The notes beneath the pieces were generated by a model. It saw only the letters and a program-made list of their open reading frames with translations. It made no database searches and had not been told where the DNA came from. From assembly GCA_963761345.1 (NCBI GenBank), contig CAVXGV010000007.1, positions 115,346-179,345 of the forward strand: DNA of 64,000 nt. The letters run 5' to 3'. The stretch comes from an uncultured Gammaproteobacteria bacterium (GTDB lineage: Bacteria > Pseudomonadota > Gammaproteobacteria > Steroidobacterales > Steroidobacteraceae). This document shows, piece by piece, positions 9,609 through 19,676 of this stretch. Numbering within the stretch: the stretch's first letter is position 1; every line of letters begins with the position of its first letter. Position numbers and translations under genes: made by a program.

Positions 9609-9639
9609 GCCGCGGCGCCAAAATTCCGCGGCTTTTTTT
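9609..9639 (+). terminator. Rho-independent terminator (copy 2, near-duplicate of copy 1)
   Basis: Stem gccgcgg (9609-9615) pairs with ccgcggc (9626-9632), followed by a T7 run (9633-9639). The T run overlaps the stop codon of the convergent SDR gene. Confidence 0.6.
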
Positions 9640-10429
9640 ATACTCTGTGGTTCGCGACGACGATCGGATGCGAGGAGGACAGGCCGCCGTCCACGGCAAT
9701 GGCTTGACCGTTGACATAAGAGGCTGCGTCGGAGGCCAGGAATAGCGCGGCCTGCGCGATTTCCTGCGGCACTCCATAGCGCTGCAAAGGATTGAGCTGT
9801 CCGATCTTACCCTCGCTGCCGCGCTCGCGTGCACGTTCGAAGATCGGGCGCGTCATGCCGGTCTCTATCAAGCCTGGGCAGATGGCGTTGATCCGCACGC
9901 CGCTGCCCGTCAGCTGATTGGCCACCGTTTGCACCATGCTGATGACGCCGGCTTTGCTTGCGCTATAGGGAACGCCGCCCGCGCCGGAGCGCAGGCCCGC
10001 GACCGAAGCGGTACAGATGATCGAACCTCGTTTCTGCCTGACCATCTCCATCGCCGCGTACTTGGCGAGAAGAAAGGTGCCGATCAAGTTGATCTTCAGG
10101 ACTTCCGTCCAGCGCTCGGTGGTTTCCTCGAAGAAGGGCACCAGGCCGCCGCTGACGCCGGCATTCGCGTAGCACACATCGAGTCCGCCGAATTCTTTGA
10201 GCGCAGTGGCCACCGCGCCGGCGACATCCTGCTCCGCGGAGGAATCCTTGACCAAGGCAATGGCGCGGCCCCCGGCCGAGCGGATCGCAGCCGCAGTGGA
10301 TTCGACTTCCGGAGCGCGATCCAGCACCACCACGGCGGCGCCTTCGGCGGCAAACAACATGGCGCTGGCTCGCCCGATGCCGCTTGCCGCACCGGTGACG
10401 ATTGCCGACTTGCCCTTTAATATATTCAT
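9638..10429 (-). CDS. SDR-family oxidoreductase
   Basis: 263 aa, with the [10 protein letters not shown] dinucleotide motif and catalytic YSASK. Confidence 0.85.
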   Translation of the reverse strand: MNILKGKSAIVTGAASGIGRASAMLFAAEGAAVVVLDRAPEVESTAAAIRSAGGRAIALVKDSSAEQDVAGAVATALKEFGGLDVCYANAGVSGGLVPFFEETTERWTEVLKINLIGTFLLAKYAAMEMVRQKRGSIICTASVAGLRSGAGGVPYSASKAGVISMVQTVANQLTGSGVRINAICPGLIETGMTRPIFERARERGSEGKIGQLNPLQRYGVPQEIAQAALFLASDAASYVNGQAIAVDGGLSSSHPIVVANHRV

Positions 10430-10592
10430 CGTATTCCCCGCGAGAAACGCCGCGCCGCAGTATCGCGGTATGTTCCGTCAGTGGCAATGCAGCCGGCGAT
10501 GCGCGACATGGCGCACCTTCTCAAAGAGTACCTCGCGCTGGTACATTAGCCGGCCAAACGACGGAATCTAATTCTGCAGAGTGGAACAAATA

Positions 10593-12711
10593 ATGAGCAT
10601 GCATAAGGCTGGTTTGGAGGTAAAGGCGGGCATCGCCGTCCTCAAATTGGATAATCCTCCCGTGAACAGTCTGGGCCTCGAGTTGCGGCAGGCAATCGTC
10701 GATGGCATCGAACGAGCGAATGCCGATCCTGCGGTCGAGGCCATTATTTTAATGGGTGCCGGGGCCGGGTTTTCGGGAGGCGCGGATATTCGCGAATTCG
10801 GCACGCCCAAGGCATCGACTCAACCGCACCTCATGACCGTCATCAGCACCGTCGAAGGCAGCGCCAAACCGGTGATCGCGGCGATCGGCGGCGTGTGCAT
10901 GGGCGGAGGTCTGGAACTCGCCCTGGGCTGTCATTACCGGGTGGCGGGTGCGGGAGCGAAGATCGCCCTGCCGGAAGTGAAGCTGGGTCTGCTGCCGGGC
11001 GCAGGCGGCACGCAGCGCTTGCCTCGAGCGATCGGTGCCGAGGCGGCACTCAACATGATCGTCTCGGGTGCGACGGTCCCCTCCGAGAAGCTTCGCGGCA
11101 CACCGCTGTTCGACGCCTTCGCCGAGGGCGATTTGCTGGAGGCTGCCACGGCGTTTGCGCGCCGGGTGATCACCGGGAAACTTGGGCCGAAAGCGCCTGC
11201 GTGATGCGCAGGTCAGCATGCCGAATCATGAGGCCTTCTTTGGGTTCGCGCTCAACAGCGCCAAGGCGATGGCCGGCCGGTACCCCGCACCCGTGGCGTG
11301 CGTGGAAGCGGTCGCCGCCGCCTTCGACAGGCCCTTCGATGCCGGCGTCAAACGCGAGCGCGAGCTTTTCGCCGCACTCATGCTGTCGCCGGAGTCCGCT
11401 GCGCTGCGCCACCTGTTCCAGGCAGAGCGCGCGGCCTCGCACATTCTCGACGTGCCGGCCGATACGCCGGTGCGGCCGATCCGGAAAGTGGGCGTCATCG
11501 GCGCCGGCACGATGGGCGGCGGCATCGGCATGAGCCTGATCAATGCGGGGATCCCGGTCGTCCTGTTGGAGATGAAGCAGGAAGCGCTCGACAAGGGCCT
11601 TGCGACCATGCGCCGCAATTACGGCGGTGCGCTCAAGAAGGGAACGTTGACCGAAGCTGCGCTGGATCTGCGCATGGCTCTGGTTACGCCTACGCTGGAC
11701 TATGCGTTGTTGAAGGATTGCGATCTGGTGATCGAAGCGGTGTTCGAGAGCATGGAGGTCAAGAAGCAGGTGTTCGAAAAGCTGGACCAGGTGGTTCAAC
11801 CCGGCGCCATCCTGGCTTCCAACACCTCGGCCCTGAATCTCGATGAGATCGCCCGGTTCACGAAACGTCCCCAGGATGTGATCGGCCTGCATTTTTTCAG
11901 TCCGGCAAACGTCATGCGCCTGCTCGAGATCGTGCGCGGCGCCGAGACCGCGAAGGACGTGCTCGCGACCGCCATGCAATTGGCCAAAAAGATCGGCAAA
12001 GTCGCGGTGATTTCCGGCGTCTGCGACGGATTCATCGGCAACCGCATGGTGGCTCGATACGGCGCCGCCGCCCACGATTTGATCATGGCCGGCGCGCTGC
12101 CGGCCCAGGTGGACAAGGCGTTGGAGGATTTTGGAATGGCGATGGGCCCGTTCCGCATGAGCGACCTGGCCGGCCTGGATATCGGCCGGGCAGCGCGCAA
12201 GCGCCGCTCTGGCGAATCCACGGAGACAACCACCGCGAATGTCGCCGACGATTTGTGCGAGGCAGGCCGGCTCGGTCAGAAAACCGGCGCCGGTTGGTAT
12301 CGCTATGAGGCCGGCTCGCGAAACGCAATTCCCGATCCCACGGTCAGCGCCATCATCGAGAAATACCGTCGACAACAGGGCATCACGCCGCGCAAGGTCT
12401 CCAACGAGGAAATCGTCGAGCGTTGCATCTACGCGCTGGTCAACGAAGGCGCGCGCATCGTCGAGGACGGCATCGCGCAGCGCAGTTCGGATATCGATAT
12501 AGTGTATCTGAATGGCTATGGTTTCCCTGCCTGGCGCGGCGGCCCGATGTTCCATGCGGATCAAGTGGGCTTGAGCGAAGTGGCGCGCGCCTTGCGGCAC
12601 ATCTCCGCGCAACCGCACGCCGACAAAGCATTCTGGACGCCGGCGCCGCTGCTTGCGCGCCTCGCCCAGGACGGTAAAACATTCAGCGGATATAAAGGAT
12701 CAGACAAATGA
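10593..12711 (+). pseudogene. Fused enoyl-CoA hydratase / 3-hydroxyacyl-CoA dehydrogenase (FadB/FadJ-like), frame broken once
   Basis: ORF 10581..11204 is a crotonase domain (GAGAGFSGGADIREF, GGVCMGGGLELAL). ORF 11182..12711 carries the linker plus 3HCDH domain (VGVIGAGTMGGGIG). The two overlap by 23 nt in different frames, and the join ...ITGKLGPK|RLRDAQV... lies near 11182-11195 at an A run. The joined product is about 706 aa, the normal size for this fusion. Confidence 0.75.
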
Positions 12712-13886
12712 CAGATGCCGTCATCGTATCCACCGCGCGCACCGGTCTCGGCAAGAGCTGGAAGGGCGCCTTCAACATGACTTACGGCGCCACGCTCGGC
12801 GCGCACTCGGTGCAGCACGCGGTGGCGCGCGCCGGCATCGACCCCGCCGAAGTGGAGGACGTCATCATGGGATCGGCCATGGGTGAAGGCACGACGGGCG
12901 GCAACATCGCGCGCCAGATTGCGCTGCGTGCCGGCCTGCCGATCACCACCGCGGGTTTGAGCATCAATCGCTTCTGCAGCTCCGGCTTGCAGTCGATAGC
13001 ATTGGCCGCGCAGCGCGTCATGACCGAAGGTGCCGAGGTGATCGTCGCCGGCGGTCTGGAAAGCATTTCGTGCGTGCAGAATGAAACGAACATGCACATG
13101 CGCAAGGATCCCTGGATCGATGAGCACAAGCCCACGCTGTTTTGGAGCATGCTGCAGACGGCAGAAAACGTGGCGAAGCGCTACAACATCTCCAAAGAAG
13201 CTCAGGACGAATACGGCGTGCGCAGCCAGCTGCGCGCCGCTGCCGGCCAGGCGGCCGGCAGGTTCAGGGATGAGATTGCGCCGATGACGACCACCATGGG
13301 CGTCATCGACAAAAATACCGGCGCCATCTCGACCCGCGAGGTCACGATTTCCAGCGACGAGGGCATTCGTCCGGACACCACGCTGGAAGGGGTCTCGAAG
13401 ATCCGTTCTGCCATGCCGGGCGGGGTGATCACCGCGGGCAACGCCAGTCAGTTCTCCGACGGCAGCAGCGCCTGTGTGGTGATGGACGCCAAGCTCGCCG
13501 AAAGGCGCGGCCTGAAGCCGCTGGGCATTTTCCGCGGCTTCGCGGTGGCGGGCTGCGAACCCGACGAAATGGGCATCGGCCCGATTTATGCGGTACCGCG
13601 CCTGCTCAAGCGCGCCGGCGTCAAGATCAGCGACATCGATTTGTGGGAGTTGAACGAAGCGTTTGCCGTCCAAGTGCTTTACTGCCGCGACAAGCTGGGC
13701 ATTCCGGACGACCGTCTGAACGTCAACGGCGGCGCCATCGCGGTCGGCCACCCCTACGGCGTCAGCGGCGCGCGTCTTACCGGCCACGCGCTGATCGAGG
13801 GCAAGCGCCGCGGCGCCAAGCTCGTGGTGGTCACCATGTGCATCGGCGGCGGGCAGGGCGCGGCAGGCTTGTTCGAGGTCGTCTGA
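12708..13886 (+). CDS. Acetyl-CoA C-acyltransferase (thiolase)
   Basis: 392 aa, with the NRFCSSGLQ active-site Cys region and a C-terminal [17 protein letters not shown] overlap with the upstream gene. Confidence 0.9.
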   Translation: MTDAVIVSTARTGLGKSWKGAFNMTYGATLGAHSVQHAVARAGIDPAEVEDVIMGSAMGEGTTGGNIARQIALRAGLPITTAGLSINRFCSSGLQSIALAAQRVMTEGAEVIVAGGLESISCVQNETNMHMRKDPWIDEHKPTLFWSMLQTAENVAKRYNISKEAQDEYGVRSQLRAAAGQAAGRFRDEIAPMTTTMGVIDKNTGAISTREVTISSDEGIRPDTTLEGVSKIRSAMPGGVITAGNASQFSDGSSACVVMDAKLAERRGLKPLGIFRGFAVAGCEPDEMGIGPIYAVPRLLKRAGVKISDIDLWELNEAFAVQVLYCRDKLGIPDDRLNVNGGAIAVGHPYGVSGARLTGHALIEGKRRGAKLVVVTMCIGGGQGAAGLFEVV

Positions 13887-14656
13887 TGGGACTGCGGGAC
13901 TTGTTCGAGCTGGGAGGCAAGGTGGCGCTGATCACCGGCGGCTCGCGCGGCTTAGGGCTGCAAATTGCGAAGGGCCTGGGTGAGATGGGTGCGAAGATTG
14001 CCATCAGCGCGCGCAAGGCGCCGGAGCTGGAAGAAGCGAAAGCCGATCTGAAAAAACACGGCATCGACGCCTTCACCGTCACCAATGATCTGTCGAAACC
14101 GGAACAAGTGCCGCTGCTGGCCGACGCCGTGCTCGAGCACTACGGCGGAATCAACATTCTGGTCAATAACGCCGGCGCGACCTGGGGCGCAAAGGCCGAA
14201 GAGCATCCACTGGAGGCGTGGAACAAAGTCATGACGCTGAATGCGTCGAGCGTGTTCGCGCTGAGCCAGGCGGTTGCGAATCGCTGCTTCATCCCTCAGC
14301 GTTCGGGCAACATCATCGTCATTGCCTCCACCGCGGCGCTGCGGGCCGGCATGCAAATGAATGCGGTTGCTTACTATTCTTCGAAAGCCGCGGTGCTGCA
14401 CCTGACGCGCGCGCTCGCTGGTGAATGGGGCCGGTACAACATCCGCGTCAATGCGATTTGCCCGGGCTTTTTCCCGTCGAAAATGGCCAGCGGGTTGTTG
14501 GATACGATGAAGGCCGACGTGATCGCGCGCACGCCGCTGGGCCGGATCGGCGGCGACACGGATCTGCAAGGCGCGGCGGTTTATCTGGCCTCGGATGCGT
14601 CGCGGCACGTCACGGGGCAGTACATCGCAGTGGATGGCGGCGCATCGAGTACATGA
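13886..14656 (+). CDS. SDR-family oxidoreductase
   Basis: The ATG at 13886 overlaps the thiolase stop (TGATG). Motifs are ITGGSRGLG and YYSSK. The upstream part of ORF 13643..14656 is read-through. Confidence 0.85.
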   Translation: MGLRDLFELGGKVALITGGSRGLGLQIAKGLGEMGAKIAISARKAPELEEAKADLKKHGIDAFTVTNDLSKPEQVPLLADAVLEHYGGINILVNNAGATWGAKAEEHPLEAWNKVMTLNASSVFALSQAVANRCFIPQRSGNIIVIASTAALRAGMQMNAVAYYSSKAAVLHLTRALAGEWGRYNIRVNAICPGFFPSKMASGLLDTMKADVIARTPLGRIGGDTDLQGAAVYLASDASRHVTGQYIAVDGGASST

Positions 14657-15723
14657 CGACGAACACCCCAGCGGCGGGCCTGGCGCCGACGCCGGCGCGA
14701 CACAGTTTCGATACGGGACGCCTCCTCGCATGGATGCAGGCACAGATTGCCGGGTTTTGCGGTCCCATCGAGGTGAAGCAGTTCGCCGGCGGCCAGTCCA
14801 ACCCGACTTTCTTGGTGCAGTCTCCCTCGCGCCGCTATGTGTTGCGGCGCAAGCCGCCGGGCAAGCTCTTGCCGTCCGCGCACGCCGTCGACCGCGAGTT
14901 CCGCGTGCTCGCGGCGCTCAAAGGGACCGGGGTCCCGGTGGCGCATGTCCATGCCTTGTGCGAGGACAGCGAGGTCATCGGCAGCGCGTTTTATGTCATG
15001 GACTATGTCGAGGGCCGCATCTTTTGGGATGCACTGCTGCCGGAAGTGGCCGCGAAAGACCGCCGCGATGTCTACCGCGAAATGGTGCGTGTCCTGGCCG
15101 CGCTGCACTCGGTGGATTATGCCGCCGTGGGCTTGAGCGACTACGGCAAACCAGGCCGCTATGTCGAGCGCCAGGTCGCTCGCTGGACCCAGCAGTATCG
15201 AGCATCGGAAACCGAAAAGCTCGAGGGCATCGAACGCTTGATCGAATGGTTGCCGGGGCATATCCCCGCCGATGAACAAACCTGCATCGTGCACGGCGAC
15301 TTCCGTCTCGACAACACCATTTTCCATCCCACCGAGCCGCGAATCCTGGCGGTTCTCGATTGGGAATTGTCGACGCTCGGTCACCCGTTGGTCGACCTCG
15401 CGTACTACTGCATGCGCTATCACCTGCCGGTCGCGGAGTTTCGCGGCCTCGGCGGCGTAGATGCGAAGACCTACATGATTCCGAGCGAAGCGGAATGCGT
15501 CGCCGAGTACTGCAGCCTGCGCGGCATCGCGCCGGTGCTGCCGGCTGATTGGGCCTACTACTCGGCGTTCTGCATGTTTCGAATGGCGGCGATTCTGCAA
15601 GGGGTGCTGGCGCGCGCCCTGCAGGGCAACGCCTCGAGCGAAACGGCGCTGCAAGCGGGCCGCAGGGCCAAGCCGCTGGCCGAGTTGGGATGGAAGCTCG
15701 TACAACGATCATTCGACGTTTGA
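14653..15723 (+). CDS. APH-family phosphotransferase, homologous to the N-terminal kinase domain of ACAD10/ACAD11 (LvaA-like)
   Basis: The ATG at 14653 overlaps the SDR stop (ATGA). Motifs are QFAGGQSNPTFLV, YVLRRKPPGKLLPSAHAVDREFRV, the Brenner motif HGDFRLDN, and LDWE. Confidence 0.8.
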   Translation: MTTNTPAAGLAPTPARHSFDTGRLLAWMQAQIAGFCGPIEVKQFAGGQSNPTFLVQSPSRRYVLRRKPPGKLLPSAHAVDREFRVLAALKGTGVPVAHVHALCEDSEVIGSAFYVMDYVEGRIFWDALLPEVAAKDRRDVYREMVRVLAALHSVDYAAVGLSDYGKPGRYVERQVARWTQQYRASETEKLEGIERLIEWLPGHIPADEQTCIVHGDFRLDNTIFHPTEPRILAVLDWELSTLGHPLVDLAYYCMRYHLPVAEFRGLGGVDAKTYMIPSEAECVAEYCSLRGIAPVLPADWAYYSAFCMFRMAAILQGVLARALQGNASSETALQAGRRAKPLAELGWKLVQRSFDV

Positions 15724-15741
15724 ATCAATCAGAGGAACGCC

Positions 15742-16965
15742 ATGGATTTTTCCCACAGTGACAAGGTTCGCGACCTGCAGGAGCGGGTCACCCGGTTCAT
15801 GGACAACCATGTTTATCCCGCCGAAGCGCTTTATCACAAGGAGTTGGAGGAAAACCGGCGCGCGGGCGATCCGTGGAAGGCGACCAAGGTCGTGGAGGAC
15901 TTGAAGAAGAAGGCAAAGGCGGAAAATCTCTGGAACCTGTTTCTGCCGCACTCGGAACACGGCGCCGGGCTGACCAACCTCGAGTACGCGCCGCTGTGCG
16001 AAATCATGGGGCGCTCGCATATCGCCCCCGAGGCGTTCAACTGCTCGGCGCCGGATACCGGCAACATGGAGGTGTTGGCACGCTATGCCACCAAGGAGCA
16101 GCAGCAGCGCTGGCTGGCGCCGCTGCTCGAGGGCAAGATCCGTTCGGCATTCGCCATGACCGAACCGAATGTGGCGTCGAGCGATGCCACCAATATTCAA
16201 TCTTCCATCGTGCGCGACGGCAACAACTACGTGATCAACGGGCGCAAATGGTGGACATCGGGCGCCGGCGACCCGCGCTGCGAAATTTTGATTTTCATGG
16301 GCAAGACCAATCCGGAAGCGGGCCGGCACAGCCAACAATCCATGATCCTGGTGCCGATGAAAACCCCCGGCGTCAAGGTGCTGCGCACCTTGACTGTGTT
16401 CGGCTACGATCACGCGCCGCACGGGCATGCGGAAGTCGACTTCGTGAATGTGCGCGTGCCGGCGGAGAATTTGCTGCTGGGAGAAGGCCGCGGTTTCGAA
16501 ATCGCGCAGGGCCGTCTGGGCCCGGGTCGAATTCACCACTGCATGCGCACCATCGGGGTGGCCGAACGTGCCCTGGAATTGATGTGCAAGCGTTCGCAAA
16601 CGCGCGTGGCGTTCGGCAAGCGGCTGTCGGAGCAGGGCGTGACGCTGGAGCGCATCGCGCAGTCGCGCATCATGATCGATCAGGTGCGCTGGCTGGTGCT
16701 GAACGCGGCCTACATGATGGATACCGTCGGCAATCGTGCCGCCAAGGCCGAGATCGCCATGATCAAAGTGGCCGCGCCGGCGGCTGCCCTGCAGGTCATC
16801 GATTGGGCCATTCAAATGCACGGTGCCGGCGGCGTGAGCGACGATTTTCCTCTGGCGGCGCTCTGGGCCGGGATGCGCACCTTGCGTCTGGCGGATGGTC
16901 CGGACGAAGTGCATCGCGAACAGGTCGCCAAGCTGGAATTGTCGCGCTACCGGCCCGAGGCCTGA
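15742..16965 (+). CDS. Acyl-CoA dehydrogenase-family protein of the ACAD10/11 type (LvaC-like)
   Basis: 407 aa. The [13 protein letters not shown] block and overall layout are typical of the ACAD10/11 C-terminal domain (from memory of the family). Confidence 0.8.
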   Translation: MDFSHSDKVRDLQERVTRFMDNHVYPAEALYHKELEENRRAGDPWKATKVVEDLKKKAKAENLWNLFLPHSEHGAGLTNLEYAPLCEIMGRSHIAPEAFNCSAPDTGNMEVLARYATKEQQQRWLAPLLEGKIRSAFAMTEPNVASSDATNIQSSIVRDGNNYVINGRKWWTSGAGDPRCEILIFMGKTNPEAGRHSQQSMILVPMKTPGVKVLRTLTVFGYDHAPHGHAEVDFVNVRVPAENLLLGEGRGFEIAQGRLGPGRIHHCMRTIGVAERALELMCKRSQTRVAFGKRLSEQGVTLERIAQSRIMIDQVRWLVLNAAYMMDTVGNRAAKAEIAMIKVAAPAAALQVIDWAIQMHGAGGVSDDFPLAALWAGMRTLRLADGPDEVHREQVAKLELSRYRPEA

Positions 16966-16970
16966 GAGTC

Positions 16971-18656
16971 ATGTCGGACGCGCATTTCAAATTTTGGCCC
17001 GCTCATGCGATGCATCATCTGATCGCGCCGGCCACGAATTTGTTCTACAACGCCGAGGTGTCGGCGCGGCGCTATCCCGATAAATCTTTCCTGGTCTATT
17101 ACGACACGCCGGTGAGTTTCTCGGCCTTTCACGACGAGGCCGGGCGTGTGGCCGGGTTCCTCGAGCAGAAGTGCGGAGTACGGAAGGGCGATCGCGTGCT
17201 GTTGCTCATGCAGAACAGCCCGCAGTTCATCATCGGCTATTACGGCATCCTGCGCGCGAACGCGGTGGTCGTGCCGTTGAATCCGATGAATCTGACGCAG
17301 GAAATCCTGCGCTACGCCAAAGATGCCGGCGCCACCGTCCTGCTGGTGTCGCAGGAGCTGTATCCGCGCGTCGAGCCGTTGCTCGAGAGCGGGCATCTCA
17401 AACATGTCATTGTCGCGGCGTACTCCGACTATCTGCGCGAAGCGACGACTTTGGCGGTGCCGGATTTCATCAGTGCGCCGCGAATCGAACATAAAGCGCA
17501 GGGGTTGTCTCTTTGGAAGGACGTCATCGCCGCTGATCTCAAACCCGGCCCCCTGACCGCAGGCCCGGACGATCTGTGCGTGATGCCGTACACCTCCGGC
17601 ACCACGGGGCAGCCCAAGGGCTGCATGCACACGCACCGCACCGTGATGCATACCACCGTGGCCAGCATGCAGTGGTTTGCCCTTCAACCTGAGATGACGC
17701 TGCTGGCGGTCGCGCCGATGTTCCATGTGACCGGGATGCAGGGCGGCATGAATGGACCGCTGTTCATCGGCAACACCATGGTGCTCCTGCCTCGCTGGGA
17801 CCGTGAAGCCGCGGCGCAATGCGTGGAGCGTTACAAGGTCGCCAGCTGGACCGCGATTCCGACCATGATTCAAGATTTTTTCCTGAATCCGAACATCGAC
17901 AAGTACGATTTGTCGTCGATCCGCCGTTTGAGCGGCGGGGGCGCTGCGATGCCGGCAGCCGTGGCGCAACGGCTGGCCAAGGTGGGCATCACCTATGTCG
18001 AAGGGTATGGCCTGACCGAGACCATTGCGGCCACGCACATCAACCCGGCCGATCACCCGAAGCAACAATGCCTCGGTATTCCTATTTTCGATGTGGATTC
18101 CCGGATCATCGATCCGGCCACCTTGCGTGAATTGCCGCCCGGGGAGACGGGCGAGATCATCATGCACGGTCCCCAGGTGTTCTTGGGTTACTGGGAAAAG
18201 CCCGACGACACGGCACAGGCGTTCATCGAGCTGGATGGCAAGAAATTCTTCCGCAGCGGCGATCTGGGCAGAATGGACGAAGACGGCTATTTCTTCATCG
18301 TCGATCGGTTGAAGCGCATGATCAACGCGTCGGGCTACAAGGTATGGCCGACCGAAATCGAGTCGCTCATGTATCGACACCCGGCGGTCCAGGAAGCCTG
18401 CGTCATCGGCGTCAAGGATGCCCATCGCGGCGAGACGGTCAAAGCCGTCATCGTGCTGCGCGCGGAGTGGCGCGGTAAAATCGAAGGACAGCCCATCATC
18501 GATTGGTGCCGGGAAAATATGGCCGCGTATAAAGTCCCGCGCATCGTTGAATTCGTCGAGGCACTGCCCAAGTCCGGTTCCGGCAAGATCATGTGGCGCG
18601 AGCTGCAGGAACGCGAAAACGCCGAAGCAACTTCTCAAATGGCGGCGCAATCGTGA
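16971..18656 (+). CDS. AMP-dependent acyl-CoA synthetase/ligase
   Basis: The ATG at 16971 lies within the long run-on ORF 15873..18656. The AMP-binding motif YTSGTTGQPKG is present, with C-terminal GKIMWREL. Confidence 0.88.
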   Translation: MSDAHFKFWPAHAMHHLIAPATNLFYNAEVSARRYPDKSFLVYYDTPVSFSAFHDEAGRVAGFLEQKCGVRKGDRVLLLMQNSPQFIIGYYGILRANAVVVPLNPMNLTQEILRYAKDAGATVLLVSQELYPRVEPLLESGHLKHVIVAAYSDYLREATTLAVPDFISAPRIEHKAQGLSLWKDVIAADLKPGPLTAGPDDLCVMPYTSGTTGQPKGCMHTHRTVMHTTVASMQWFALQPEMTLLAVAPMFHVTGMQGGMNGPLFIGNTMVLLPRWDREAAAQCVERYKVASWTAIPTMIQDFFLNPNIDKYDLSSIRRLSGGGAAMPAAVAQRLAKVGITYVEGYGLTETIAATHINPADHPKQQCLGIPIFDVDSRIIDPATLRELPPGETGEIIMHGPQVFLGYWEKPDDTAQAFIELDGKKFFRSGDLGRMDEDGYFFIVDRLKRMINASGYKVWPTEIESLMYRHPAVQEACVIGVKDAHRGETVKAVIVLRAEWRGKIEGQPIIDWCRENMAAYKVPRIVEFVEALPKSGSGKIMWRELQERENAEATSQMAAQS

Positions 18657-19651
18657 AAGCATTACTCAGCCGCCAAGCAGGCGGGCCCGAATCACTGGTG
18701 CTGGAAGACATTCCGGAGCCGGTGCCCGGGCGCGGCGAGGTCCGCATCAGCGTGCGCGCCGTCGGGGTCAACTTTCCCGATCTGCTGATCATTCAGGATC
18801 TGTATCAGATCAAACCGCCCAGGCCGTTCGCGCCCGGGGGCGAGCTTTCCGGTGTCATCGAGACATTGGGTGAAGGCGTTACGAATGTGAAAGTCGGCGA
18901 CCGCGTTCTGGTCAGTCCGGTGCGCAGCGCCATGGCCGAGAAGGCCATCGGCAATGCCAACAATTGCTGGAAGATTCCCGACAGCATGCCGTTCGACCAG
19001 GCGGCGGCCCTGCTCCTGACCTATGGTACTTCGCAGCACGCATTGAAAGACCGTGCCCAATTGCGTTCGGGGGAGACCCTGCTGGTGCTGGGCGCGGCCG
19101 GCGGTGTCGGCTTGGCCGCCGTGGAATTGGGCAAGGCGATGGGTGCTCGCGTCATTGCGGCGGCCTCGAGCGCGGACAAGCTGGCGCTGGCGCGCGAGCA
19201 TGGCGCCGACGACGGCGTTCAGTACCCCTTGGGTCCCTTGGACAAGGCTGCGGCCCGGGCCTTGACCGATGGTTTCAAGGCGGCCTGCGGCGCCGACGGA
19301 GCCAACGTCATCTATGACGGAATCGGCGGCGATTACACCGAAGCGGCGCTGCGCGCGATCGCCTGGCAAGGGCGCCACCTGGTCGTGGGTTTCACGGCCG
19401 GCATCCCGAAGCTGCCGCTCAATCTGGCGCTGCTCAAGGGCTGCGCGATCGTCGGCGTGTTCTGGGGCGAGTTCACCAATCGCTTCCCCAAGGTGCACGC
19501 CGCCAATGTGGCCGAGCTCATGGCGTTGTACCTGAGCGGTAAAATCAAGCCTGCCGTGACCGAGCGATTTCCGCTGGCGCGCGGAGGCGAAGCAATCGGC
19601 AGACTCGGGTCGCGCGCGGCGCGCGGCAAGATCGTCGTCACGATGGATTGA
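18653..19651 (+). CDS. NADPH:quinone oxidoreductase / zinc-type alcohol dehydrogenase-like protein
   Basis: The GTG at 18653 overlaps the ligase stop (GTGA). The N-terminal MDR fold sequence is GEVRISVRAVGVNFPDLL, and the nucleotide motif is GAAGGVGLAAVE. Confidence 0.8.
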   Translation: MKALLSRQAGGPESLVLEDIPEPVPGRGEVRISVRAVGVNFPDLLIIQDLYQIKPPRPFAPGGELSGVIETLGEGVTNVKVGDRVLVSPVRSAMAEKAIGNANNCWKIPDSMPFDQAAALLLTYGTSQHALKDRAQLRSGETLLVLGAAGGVGLAAVELGKAMGARVIAAASSADKLALAREHGADDGVQYPLGPLDKAAARALTDGFKAACGADGANVIYDGIGGDYTEAALRAIAWQGRHLVVGFTAGIPKLPLNLALLKGCAIVGVFWGEFTNRFPKVHAANVAELMALYLSGKIKPAVTERFPLARGGEAIGRLGSRAARGKIVVTMD

Positions 19652-19676
19652 GGGTGCGCCTCTAAAGGAAACAAAC

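Noticed and set aside
4012-11195. A recurrent CTTG at three frame-break points (PQQ gene twice, FadB-like gene), as a possible programmed frameshift signal
   Set aside because: The TTG is partly an artefact of the ORF caller accepting TTG as a start. The other breaks (Lhr, TonB receptor, MFS, membrane paralog) lack it. There is no slippery heptamer or downstream structure, and the FadB break can equally be placed in the adjacent A run.
11170-12618. Long antisense ORFs opposite real genes. Examples: 11170..12618, 12561..13787, 14581..15705, 15709..16914, 16947..18662, 18692..20101, 24759..26102, 28837..30504, 33369..34745, 35795..38083, 40612..42435, 48508..49449, 50244..51614, 58133..59419.
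   Set aside because: All lie opposite genes with strong family signatures. They encode Arg/Ala/Gly/His-rich low-complexity sequence without motifs and are the expected stop-codon-poor shadow frames of high-GC DNA.
15873-18656. 927-aa ORF, the longest plus-strand ORF in this region
   Set aside because: Its first 366 codons lie out of frame over the ACAD10/11-like gene and translate to Arg/Gly/Ala-rich nonsense typical of high-GC shadow frames. Only the part from ATG 16971 (the acyl-CoA ligase) is credible.
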